This document shows, piece by piece, positions 17,233 through 26,375 of a stretch of DNA of 64,000 nt. Positions within the stretch are counted from its first letter, which is position 1; each line of letters starts with the position of its first letter. The translations under genes were made by a program, and so were the position numbers. The notes under the pieces were generated by a model. That model did not search any database. It had not been told where the DNA came from and worked only from the letters and a program-made list of their open reading frames with translations. The stretch is from a virus: positions 32,001 to 96,000 of IMG/VR virus record IMGVR_UViG_3300027791_000009; one strand, given 5' to 3'.

Positions 17233-17424
17233 ATGCCAAAAAAAACACATTTTTCTTACTTTTTTTTACTTTGTTCGCTTTTTGTTCTTACAAATTGCTC
17301 AATCAAGGTAGAAAAATGTAAATTTACGCCAGATTACAAAAAAATTAGCGAATCAATTGAAAACGGAATACGAAATGACCGAGAAATTGAAGTAAGAGCA
17401 GGTAATTTTGCGTGTCCTTTTTAA
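17233..17424 (+). CDS. possible small lipoprotein
   Basis: MPKK + hydrophobic stretch + LTNC lipobox-like site. Confidence 0.4.
   Translation: MPKKTHFSYFFLLCSLFVLTNCSIKVEKCKFTPDYKKISESIENGIRNDREIEVRAGNFACPF
17272..17287 (-). promoter_or_regulatory. putative alphaproteobacterial LexA box 3
   Basis: TGTTCGCTTTTTGTTC = GTTC-N7-GTTC, about 55 nt upstream of the minus-strand -35. Confidence 0.45.
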
Positions 17425-17457
17425 AAATCAACTAAATATACTTAACAAAAGGATTTT

Positions 17458-17607
17458 ATGGCATTACAGAAGCTCGGTACGAGTGGCTATAACAAACCTA
17501 AGGGAAAAAAGTCTTCCCAAGGGGTTAGAAAAAAGATGATTAAGAAATCATCAATGAATAAGAGTAAAAAAAGAAGTTGGAAAGCGTATAACGGTCAGGG
17601 AAAATAG
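17458..17607 (+). CDS. small highly basic protein (49 aa; not in ORF track)
   Basis: MALQKLG...KKSSMNKSKKRSWKAYNGQGK*; SD AAGGA; ACTAAATA upstream. Confidence 0.7.
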   Translation: MALQKLGTSGYNKPKGKKSSQGVRKKMIKKSSMNKSKKRSWKAYNGQGK

Positions 17608-17816
17608 TGGAAGGTAAATTTGTTGTCAAAATTAACAATAATCTCCACACCTATACTCAATATGATGAAATTCCTAATGAGATAGGTGCGGTCATATCTT
17701 TTGAGCCTAATTATCCTACTCCACCACATACAGAAGAAGAACATAATTACATAGAAACCTTTAACAACAAATTAAAACAATTAATGGAGAGAGAATGCCT
17801 GCGGTTACGAGGATAG
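17607..17816 (+). CDS. hypothetical protein
   Basis: ISFEPNYPTPPHTEEEH; overlaps both neighbours. Confidence 0.7.
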   Translation: MEGKFVVKINNNLHTYTQYDEIPNEIGAVISFEPNYPTPPHTEEEHNYIETFNNKLKQLMERECLRLRG

Positions 17817-18082
17817 GAGACGCTGATGTTGCTCATTGTTCAGGAATGTCAAGAGCAGTCGGTAGTCCAAATGTCAATGCTAACGGTATAGCAGTTAGTA
17901 GACAGGGAGATGTTAATACAACTCACTTACTACCTGGTGTGCCTTGTCCTGCCCATGCTGCCCCTATAGCGAGTGGTAGTAGTACGGTGTTCATTAATGG
18001 TAAAGGTTGTGGTCGTGTTGGTGATGGTATTTCAGGTTGTACGAGTGTAGCCGCAGGAAGTCCAAATGTCTTTGCTGGTTAG
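17795..18082 (+). CDS. PAAR spike tip (gp5.4-like)
   Basis: MPAVTRIGD, GSPNV..NG, GRVGD, His/Cys ligands. Confidence 0.9.
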   Translation: MPAVTRIGDADVAHCSGMSRAVGSPNVNANGIAVSRQGDVNTTHLLPGVPCPAHAAPIASGSSTVFINGKGCGRVGDGISGCTSVAAGSPNVFAG

Positions 18083-18084
18083 TG

Positions 18085-18092
18085 TATAAATA
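18085..18092 (+). promoter_or_regulatory. T4-type late promoter
   Basis: TATAAATA. Confidence 0.75.
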
Positions 18093-18111
18093 TTAGTACA
18101 AAGGAAAAACT

Positions 18112-18537
18112 ATGGCATTCTACGATTCAAAAGCAAGTACAAGTAAGAAAAGAGTAAACAGGATTTATTCTGATTTAGACCTTGATTTCACAAGAAATCC
18201 GGTTACAGGAGATGTGGTAAAACTTGTTGATGTAGACGCTGTTAAAAGAAGTGTAAAGAATTTAATACAGACAAATCATTATGAGAGACCTTTTCATCCA
18301 GAAATAGGAAGTGATGTAAGAGCATTGTTGTTTGAACTTATGACACCTTTGACTGCTCTTAATTTAGAAAGAAAAGTTGCTGAGGTTCTACTTAATTTTG
18401 AACCAAGAGCAAGTATAGAAAGTATCATTGCGGCTCCAGACATTGACGCAAATAGATATCATTTACAAATCAGTTTCTATGTTGTTGGTATTCAATCACC
18501 AATCATTGTTGAAACATTTTTACAGAGGTTAAGATAA
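18112..18537 (+). CDS. gp25: baseplate wedge gp25
   Basis: YSDLDLDF, AVKRSVKNLI.T...ERPF.P.IG, FEPR. Confidence 0.9.
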   Translation: MAFYDSKASTSKKRVNRIYSDLDLDFTRNPVTGDVVKLVDVDAVKRSVKNLIQTNHYERPFHPEIGSDVRALLFELMTPLTALNLERKVAEVLLNFEPRASIESIIAAPDIDANRYHLQISFYVVGIQSPIIVETFLQRLR

Positions 18538-18770
18538 TGGCGTGGGTAACGGTACCAGGAAGTAATTCATTATGGCAATATGAAAACACAGCTACGGCTG
18601 CAAATACATATTCCGATTCAGCAGATGGCGCTAATTCAGTAATCGCAAACGGAATTAGAACATATACTAAACCAGGTGGCGGTACGGTAGCAACATATAT
18701 TAGATGTAGAAAAACAGGTCAAACACAAGAGAGTGGTGAGTTATCAAAAACTTACTATGACGCACAATAG
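18537..18770 (+). CDS. hypothetical virion protein
   Basis: 77-aa ORF translationally coupled between gp25 and gp6. Confidence 0.7.
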   Translation: MAWVTVPGSNSLWQYENTATAANTYSDSADGANSVIANGIRTYTKPGGGTVATYIRCRKTGQTQESGELSKTYYDAQ

Positions 18771-18780
18771 GAAATAAAAA

Positions 18781-20634
18781 ATGGCAAGTACCAAACTAGA
18801 TATTACTGAACTGGATTTTGACCAGATAAAAACAAATTTAAAAGTATTTTTACAAGCACAACCTGAATTTTCAGACTACAACTTTGAAGGTAGTGGTTTT
18901 GCTGTACTACTAGACTTACTTGCTTACAATACACACTATTTAGGTTTCAATGCTAATATGTTAGCAAACGAAATGTATTTGGATTCTGCTGATGTTAGAG
19001 CAAACATTGTTTCATTAGCAAAGATGTTAGGTTATACTCCTCATTCGGTAAAAGCACCAATGGCTTCAATTGACATTGTAGTTAATGACGCAAGAGGTAC
19101 AACACTAACTATGAGTAAAGGTTCTGTATTTACAACTTCTGTAGACGGAACAACTTATAACTTTATTACTAATACAGATACTACAACTTCACCAGTTGAT
19201 GGTATTTACAAATTTTCTAGTGTACCAGTTTACGAAGGTACACCTGTAACCTTTAGATATACGGTTGACACACTAGACCCAGACCAAAAATATCTAATAC
19301 CTAGTATTGACGCTGATACAACAACATTAAAAATTAAAGTACAAAAAAGTTTAACAAATACAGATTCAGAAACATACACAAGTGTTTCTGGATTGTTAAA
19401 ATTAAATAACAAAAGTAAAATATACTTCTTGTCTGAAACAGATACAGGTAAGTTTGAAGTTAAATTTGGTGATGGTATTATAGGTAAGAAATTAGAAAGT
19501 GGTAACATTATTATTATGGAGTACATTGTTACCAACAAAACAGACTCTAACGGTGCAAACTTATTTAATCCTGCAGGGAGTATCGGTGGCTTCTCTAATA
19601 TAACGGTTACAACCGTATCAGCTGCAGGTGGTGGTTCATCAGCAGAAACAAAAGAGAGTATTCGTTTCAATGCACCTCTACAATATACAGCACAAGACAG
19701 AGCGGTTACTACTTCTGATTACGAAACAAAAGTAATGTCAATTTATCCTAACGCACAATCAGTTAGTGCTTGGGGTGGAGAAGATGATGAGACACCAGTT
19801 TATGGTATTGTAAAAATTGCAATCAAACCTATGAGCGGTTCTTCATTAACAACACAATCTAAATCAGATATCATAAAACAATTAAAAGAATATAATGTTG
19901 CTTCAGTTTCACCTGTTATTGTGGATCCTGAAATCACAAGTATTGTTTTAACTTCAACTGCAAAGTATGACGAAAGAGCAACAACAAAAGACTCTGCAAC
20001 AATTAAAGCAAACATCATTACTTTATTAGGTACTTACAATGTATCTACACTACAAAAATTCGATAGTATGTTTAGACATTCTAAAGTCGTTAAACTAATT
20101 GACGATACAGACAATAGTATACTATCTAACACAACAACACTAAAGATAAGAAAATCATTTACACCTACTTTAAATTCATCTTTGAAGTATAGTGTATTCT
20201 TTAGAAATGCTGTTTACAATCCACATACTAGTCATAACTCAACTGCTGGTGGTGTTGTTTCATCATCTGGTTTTAAAATACAAGGTTCTACTAACGAACA
20301 ACTTTTAGATGATGACGGTAATGGTAACATAAGAAGATATTATCTATCAGGTGCGACTAGAGTTTATACTAACTCAACACAAGGCACGATTGATTACACA
20401 ACTGGTGAGATTACAATTAACTCACTACAGATTACAGAAATTTCAAATATAAGAGGGAGTGCTTCAACGGTGATAGAACTGACCGTGCAACCTGCTTCAA
20501 ATGACATTGTTCCTGTTAGAGACCAAATTTTAGAGTTAGATATTCCTAATTCAACAATTTCGGTTGACAAGGATTCCTTTGTCGGTGGAAGCTCGGATGC
20601 CGGTGTTGGTTATACTACCACTTCAGCATATTAA
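18781..20634 (+). CDS. gp6: baseplate wedge gp6
   Basis: LDFDQIKTNL, DYNFEGSG, LLAYNTHY, FGDG, QDRAVT..DY. Confidence 0.93.
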   Translation: MASTKLDITELDFDQIKTNLKVFLQAQPEFSDYNFEGSGFAVLLDLLAYNTHYLGFNANMLANEMYLDSADVRANIVSLAKMLGYTPHSVKAPMASIDIVVNDARGTTLTMSKGSVFTTSVDGTTYNFITNTDTTTSPVDGIYKFSSVPVYEGTPVTFRYTVDTLDPDQKYLIPSIDADTTTLKIKVQKSLTNTDSETYTSVSGLLKLNNKSKIYFLSETDTGKFEVKFGDGIIGKKLESGNIIIMEYIVTNKTDSNGANLFNPAGSIGGFSNITVTTVSAAGGGSSAETKESIRFNAPLQYTAQDRAVTTSDYETKVMSIYPNAQSVSAWGGEDDETPVYGIVKIAIKPMSGSSLTTQSKSDIIKQLKEYNVASVSPVIVDPEITSIVLTSTAKYDERATTKDSATIKANIITLLGTYNVSTLQKFDSMFRHSKVVKLIDDTDNSILSNTTTLKIRKSFTPTLNSSLKYSVFFRNAVYNPHTSHNSTAGGVVSSSGFKIQGSTNEQLLDDDGNGNIRRYYLSGATRVYTNSTQGTIDYTTGEITINSLQITEISNIRGSASTVIELTVQPASNDIVPVRDQILELDIPNSTISVDKDSFVGGSSDAGVGYTTTSAY

Positions 20635-20638
20635 TTAA

Positions 20639-23203
20639 ATGAAGTTTAATAAAAAGATTACAAACCTTTTACAAGGTCAAGTACCTGATTTTGTAATTGA
20701 AGAGCATCCTAAATTTTTAGAGTTTGTAAAAACTTATTTCCAATTAATGGAAGCCGCTGAGCTTTCTATTTCATCTTCTCAATCAACAGACGGTATATTA
20801 CTTGAAACAGAAACAGGTCAATCTAATACTTTATTATTAGACGCAAGTAGACTTGGTTCAGAAGCAACTCAAATAGACGCAGGTTCTAAAATCTTACAAG
20901 AACAATCATCATTTGGTAAATTCACAAATGGTGAAACTATTAAAGGCGAAACTTCTAATGCGACAGCAGTAATACTTACAGAAGATTTATTAAACGGAAG
21001 ATTATTCATTACAGCAGAAGATAAATTTATAGAAGGTGAAACGGTCACTGGAGTTTCTTCTGGTGCGTCTGGTGTATCTGGAAAGTATAGACCTAATCCA
21101 GTAAAAACAATACAAGACTTATTATCGTTTAGGGATCCTGATAAAGTTATCTCACATTTCTTAGGTCAATTTAGAAATGAAGTACTAACTACAATACCAG
21201 AAAATTTAACAGAAGGTCTAAACAAAAGAGAATTAATTAAAAGAGTAAAATCTTTATATCGTACTAAAGGTACTGCAAAAGGACACGAATTATTTTTTAG
21301 ATTACTATTTGGTATTTCTTCTGAAACATTTTATCCTAAAGAACAAATGCTTAGAGTATCAGATGGTGAGTTTACATCAAATACAATATTAAGATGTATT
21401 AACTCAATCGGTGATACAGGTAAATTACTTGGTAGACAAATTACAGGTATAACTTCAGGTGCAACTGCAATTGTAGAAAACATATCTCGTTTCCAAATAT
21501 CAAGTGAAGTCGTATCAGAATTTTTATTAAACCAAGAAAGTATTGTAGGTACATTCCAAGTTGGTGAAACAATTAGAGGTACTGCAAGTGATACAGATGA
21601 CTTATATATTAAATCAGATGTTACCGGTATACCTGGTAAGTTTACAATTACTAATGATGGTTCACTCTTCACAGATAACGAACAAGTCGATTTAGTAGGT
21701 GGCGGTGGTGGTGCAAACTGCCAAGTCGGTGAAATAGGTGCTGGTGGTATTTCAGAATTTTATATTAATGCAAACGGTTCACAATATCAAATTGGAGACC
21801 AACTAGTTTTCAATAATGCAAATACAAACGGTGCCGGTGCTGTAGCAGAAGTTGCTGTAGTTAACGGTGCAATAGCAGGAGAAGCTTCTAGTGGTTATGA
21901 CCATATCATATTTGAAGACGCAACAAGTAAGAATGACATCAACCCTGGTGATAAAATAGTTTTAGAAAGTGGTCTTGGTGATATTACAGATATTAGATTA
22001 ATTAAAAGTGGTTCTGGTTATACAAGTTTACCTACGGTTACGATTGCAACTGATAATGGTTTATCTGCTGAGATATACGCATATGGAACTGAAATTGGAA
22101 AACTTCTAGGTATTACTACTATCGAGTCTGGTCTTAAACACGATTTAAGTCCATCTCCACCAACGGTTAAATTACCACAAGCAATTCTTATATTAGGTCA
22201 TACAGGTAACTATGTTGCCGGTGAAACAATCACTGGTGGTACATCAAGTAATACTGGTGTAGTTTTATCTTGGGATTCTACTAGAGGTCTATTAAGATTA
22301 AAGAATATTACAGGTGCATTTGTAGGACACGAAGTAATGACAGGTAGTATTTCAGGTGTTACCGGTCTAATGGCAAAAACAGATGTTGCAACTGCAACGG
22401 TCGAAATTGTAGGTACTTCTACAAGTGAAGGTAAATATATTTCAGAAGATGGTCACTTATCAGAAACAACTATGAAAGTACAAGATAGTTTATACTATCA
22501 GGACTTCTCGTATGTAATTAAAGTAGGTCGTACTATTGACACATGGAGAGACGCATTTAAAAAGACAATGCACCCTGCTGGTTTCTACTTTACTGCACAA
22601 GTAAACATTGAAAGTAGACTTAATGCGAAAAATAGAATGCCTGTTATTGGTAGGGTTACTGGTATTGAGGCAAGTCCATTTATTTCTGTATTGAATACAT
22701 TGTTTGGTACAATCTTTGGAAGAAGATTAGGTACTATAGATGATGGTACTTCATTAAGAGCAAGTGGTTCTAACGCATTACAACTAGGTGTCGCAGCTGA
22801 TGTTGTACAAAATGCAAAATCGCCTTTTGCAACAGATACAAGAGATTTAACTTTACATAGAACAAAGATTGCTTTCTCGTTTCAGTTTAAACCATTTTAT
22901 AACTTTAGAACGGTCAATACAAACTTTGGGTCTGTATATGCTGGACCACGATTAAGAAGTTTCAATAAATACTTTCAACAATCTATGTCTGCTTCTGCAA
23001 TGAATTGGGCTAGAGTAGCAGAATTAAAGGCAATAGGTACAAATACTGCAGCTGATGGTACAGACTTGCAATTTGGAGATATAACTACTATTGCAAAGAC
23101 TTATATTACATACCCGGCAGCAATACTTGTTCCTCAAGGTAGATTTAGTAATACACAGAAAAAATTTAGTAGTGCAACGGCGAAGTTTAGCTCAACTACA
23201 TAA
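20639..23203 (+). CDS. gp7: baseplate wedge initiator (gp7-like)
   Basis: KFLEFVKTYF, LYRTKGT, QDSLYYQDFSYVIK, HPAG. Confidence 0.75.
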   Translation: MKFNKKITNLLQGQVPDFVIEEHPKFLEFVKTYFQLMEAAELSISSSQSTDGILLETETGQSNTLLLDASRLGSEATQIDAGSKILQEQSSFGKFTNGETIKGETSNATAVILTEDLLNGRLFITAEDKFIEGETVTGVSSGASGVSGKYRPNPVKTIQDLLSFRDPDKVISHFLGQFRNEVLTTIPENLTEGLNKRELIKRVKSLYRTKGTAKGHELFFRLLFGISSETFYPKEQMLRVSDGEFTSNTILRCINSIGDTGKLLGRQITGITSGATAIVENISRFQISSEVVSEFLLNQESIVGTFQVGETIRGTASDTDDLYIKSDVTGIPGKFTITNDGSLFTDNEQVDLVGGGGGANCQVGEIGAGGISEFYINANGSQYQIGDQLVFNNANTNGAGAVAEVAVVNGAIAGEASSGYDHIIFEDATSKNDINPGDKIVLESGLGDITDIRLIKSGSGYTSLPTVTIATDNGLSAEIYAYGTEIGKLLGITTIESGLKHDLSPSPPTVKLPQAILILGHTGNYVAGETITGGTSSNTGVVLSWDSTRGLLRLKNITGAFVGHEVMTGSISGVTGLMAKTDVATATVEIVGTSTSEGKYISEDGHLSETTMKVQDSLYYQDFSYVIKVGRTIDTWRDAFKKTMHPAGFYFTAQVNIESRLNAKNRMPVIGRVTGIEASPFISVLNTLFGTIFGRRLGTIDDGTSLRASGSNALQLGVAADVVQNAKSPFATDTRDLTLHRTKIAFSFQFKPFYNFRTVNTNFGSVYAGPRLRSFNKYFQQSMSASAMNWARVAELKAIGTNTAADGTDLQFGDITTIAKTYITYPAAILVPQGRFSNTQKKFSSATAKFSSTT

Positions 23204-23210
23204 GAACGCT

Positions 23211-23218
23211 TATAAATA
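23211..23218 (+). promoter_or_regulatory. T4-type late promoter
   Basis: TATAAATA. Confidence 0.75.
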
Positions 23219-23239
23219 TTAGGATAGGAAGATAAAAAT

Positions 23240-24859
23240 ATGGCAAAACAAAGTATAGGATTAGGTAGTACAGCAAATGACGGTACAGGTGATAACCTGC
23301 GTGTTGGTGGTGATAAAGTTAACGATAACTTTAATGAAATCTACACAGCCTTAGGTGACGGTTCTGCATTACAGATAATAACTACTGGTGCTACATCTAA
23401 CCAAGTACTCCAATGGTCTACATCAAACAATAGATTTGAACCAACTGCTTCTGCGGCTGCTGGTGATATATCTGTAGATACAACTCCTCAACTTGGCGGC
23501 GATTTAGATGTTAATAACAACAATATTGTTTCTACATCAAGTGGTGATATTAATATTATTCCTAATGGTACCGGTAGAATTAAATTCGGTGCTTTAAGAT
23601 TTCCTACAGGTGCTGGTACTGGAACATATGTACTTGCAACTGACGGCGCTGCCGATATGTATTGGAAACAAGTAGGTTCTGTAATTAACTTATCTGCTGA
23701 TGTTGGAACAAATGACGATTACACGGTAGGTGATGTTCTTAACTTTACAGGTGGTACAGGATTAACTTCAACGGTTTTAGACGATACAATTAAATTTGAT
23801 ATTAATTCAGATGTTATAACTTTAGCAGATACACAAACTTTATCAAACAAAACAATAGACAACGCTATACTTACTGGAACAACTTCTGGTAATGTTCAAA
23901 TTAAAGCTTCAACTCTTGGTTCTTATATCGCACAAGGCGGTAACGCTCTTGCAGGATTTGAAAATGCAACAACTTACGCTGGTGCATTTGCTGTTGATAC
24001 ATCAACTTACAAATCTTATTATGCAGCTAACGGAGCTTGGAACGAAATATTAGCTTCGACTTCATCTATAGACACTTTAAGTGATGTTGATACAACTACA
24101 CAAGCGCCTACGAGTGGACAAGCATTAGTATGGAATGTTGGTGCAAGTGCATTTAGACCTGGTTCAATTACGACAAGTGTTGTCACAGATACAGCACCAA
24201 GTCTTGGCGGAAACCTAGATACTTCAGGATTCACAATTCAAGGAACTGGTAAATTAAGTTTAAGTGGTTCTGGTTCAATTGTAAAGGCAGATTTTACTAA
24301 CACTGGTGCATTACCAAATGCTTCAAATAGTGCAGGTGCTTTTGCTGTTGCAACAAGTACACTAAAAGCATACTTTGCTACTGCTTCAGGTTGGATTAAC
24401 TTATTATCAGAAAATGACTCAATTGATTTACTTTCAGATGTAGACACATCAAGTAGTGCTCCTGCATATGGACAAGTATTAGTATGGACAAATGTAGGTG
24501 GTAGTGGTCAATGGAAACCTAATGATTATACTCCGGCAACTAGAGTATCAGCAAAGTTTCAGGTAACTGCAAGTGGTTCAACTGATTATGTATTTAATGG
24601 TGATGGTTTTCCATCAGCACAGAATGACCCAACGCTTTATTTAAAGAAAGCACATACTTATCAATTTGAAGTAAATGCTTCTGGTCACCCATTTGCTATT
24701 AGAACTGCGTCAGGTGGTTCTGCATACAGCTTTGGAGTAACCAACAATGAGTCAGCAGTTGCAACAATAACATTTACGGTGCCAATGAACGCACCTTCTA
24801 CTTTATATTATCAATGTACTGCACATTCCGGTATGGGTGGAGTAATTAATATAGCATAA
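23240..24859 (+). CDS. gp9/gp10-like baseplate or fibre protein with C-terminal cupredoxin-like domain
   Basis: ANDGTGDNLR.GGDKVNDNF N-terminus; DTTPQLGGDLD repeats; GHPF...YYQCTAHSGM. Confidence 0.7.
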   Translation: MAKQSIGLGSTANDGTGDNLRVGGDKVNDNFNEIYTALGDGSALQIITTGATSNQVLQWSTSNNRFEPTASAAAGDISVDTTPQLGGDLDVNNNNIVSTSSGDINIIPNGTGRIKFGALRFPTGAGTGTYVLATDGAADMYWKQVGSVINLSADVGTNDDYTVGDVLNFTGGTGLTSTVLDDTIKFDINSDVITLADTQTLSNKTIDNAILTGTTSGNVQIKASTLGSYIAQGGNALAGFENATTYAGAFAVDTSTYKSYYAANGAWNEILASTSSIDTLSDVDTTTQAPTSGQALVWNVGASAFRPGSITTSVVTDTAPSLGGNLDTSGFTIQGTGKLSLSGSGSIVKADFTNTGALPNASNSAGAFAVATSTLKAYFATASGWINLLSENDSIDLLSDVDTSSSAPAYGQVLVWTNVGGSGQWKPNDYTPATRVSAKFQVTASGSTDYVFNGDGFPSAQNDPTLYLKKAHTYQFEVNASGHPFAIRTASGGSAYSFGVTNNESAVATITFTVPMNAPSTLYYQCTAHSGMGGVINIA

Positions 24860-24869
24860 CAAGAAGATG

Positions 24870-24877
24870 TATAAATA
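24870..24877 (+). promoter_or_regulatory. T4-type late promoter
   Basis: TATAAATA. Confidence 0.75.
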
Positions 24878-24902
24878 TATCAAAGAACATAGGAATTAAA
24901 CA

Positions 24903-26363
24903 ATGCCAGCAATTATAACAAGCAAATTTAGAAGAAATAATGCTCAGCAATTCGAGGAATCGTTTGGTGAAGCAACTCCTAATATCTATTATCTAGGTAT
25001 TGGTAAACCTACTGAATATGGTACTAAAACTAGACCAGACGGTAGAACAGAAAACATTGGAACAGATAGTGCTCCAGTAACCCCAGCAGATTCAGTACAA
25101 GACGAATATGATGTATTTGATGATTTACTTGCTGCTAAGAGGGTAACAAGCTCAGATGTGTCTTTTGCGTGTCCAAGAATTAACTGGACAACAGGTACAA
25201 CTTACGATATGTACAGACATGACTATGGCAACAGAATTACAGGAACTACTACAGCACAAGCTGCTCATAGTGGTGCAACAAATTTATATGACGCAAACTT
25301 CTATGTTCTTAATTCCAACTTTGAAGTTTACAAATGTTTAGATAACGATAACAATACACCATCAACGATAGAACCTACTGGCGCTTCTATTCTTATTTTA
25401 GAAACTTCTGATGGTTACAAGTGGAAATATATGTACACTATGTCTGCTGCTCAACAAGCAAACTTTTTATCAACAGACTTTATGGGTATCTCAACAAATA
25501 GTACAACAACGACTAATGCTAAAGATGGTGCAATAGATATCATTAAAATTAAAACTGCTGGTACAGGTGGTACAGACGGAACATTTACTAGTATTCCTAT
25601 AAGAGGAGATGGTGCAAACGGAACTTGTACGGTTACGATTTCAAGTGGTTCGGTTACTGCTGTTCTTCCAACAGGAACACCGTTAGGATATTCTTTTGCA
25701 AATGTAAGAGTATCAGATATTAATGCTACTTCAGGTGGTTCCTTAACTGGTGCTGAACTAGATTGCATTATTGGTCCAAAAGGTGGTCACGGATTTGACC
25801 CACACGAAGAACTAGGTGGTTTCTTTGTAATTCTTAATACTTCATTTGAAGGTGCTGAAACAGCAAACTCTGGTGACTTTACAACTGCAAACGATTTTAG
25901 AAGAGTTGCATTAATTAGAGACCCAAAATCTGCTGGTGCTGCTGTGAATACAACAACATTAAGAGCAACAAAAGCTATCAGATTAGATTCTGGTGCTGGT
26001 GTATTTCAATCAGATGAAATAATTACACAAACGAGTACAGGTGCTGTAGGTAAAGTAGTACAATTTGATACTGCAAACAATTTATTGTTCTACACACAAA
26101 CAAGATATAATAATGAAGGTGTTGACGCAACTGGAAATGGAACTGCATTTAGTGGAATAAATGTGATTACAGGTTCGACTTCTAGTAGCACAGGAACACC
26201 AACTGGAAATACTGAAACGGTTAACAATGTCTCTCTAGTTTCTGGTTATGCAACTTCTGAACTTGACCAAGACTCTGGCGATATAATGTACATTGAAAAC
26301 AGAGCACCGGTTAATAGAAGTGTTGACCAAACGGAGAATGTTAAGTTAATCATAGAATTTTAA
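24903..26363 (+). CDS. gp8: baseplate wedge gp8
   Basis: VYKCLDN, DGYKWKYMYT, SGDIMYIENR...QTENVKLIIEF. Confidence 0.9.
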   Translation: MPAIITSKFRRNNAQQFEESFGEATPNIYYLGIGKPTEYGTKTRPDGRTENIGTDSAPVTPADSVQDEYDVFDDLLAAKRVTSSDVSFACPRINWTTGTTYDMYRHDYGNRITGTTTAQAAHSGATNLYDANFYVLNSNFEVYKCLDNDNNTPSTIEPTGASILILETSDGYKWKYMYTMSAAQQANFLSTDFMGISTNSTTTTNAKDGAIDIIKIKTAGTGGTDGTFTSIPIRGDGANGTCTVTISSGSVTAVLPTGTPLGYSFANVRVSDINATSGGSLTGAELDCIIGPKGGHGFDPHEELGGFFVILNTSFEGAETANSGDFTTANDFRRVALIRDPKSAGAAVNTTTLRATKAIRLDSGAGVFQSDEIITQTSTGAVGKVVQFDTANNLLFYTQTRYNNEGVDATGNGTAFSGINVITGSTSSSTGTPTGNTETVNNVSLVSGYATSELDQDSGDIMYIENRAPVNRSVDQTENVKLIIEF

Positions 26364-26375
26364 AGAGGAAAATAA

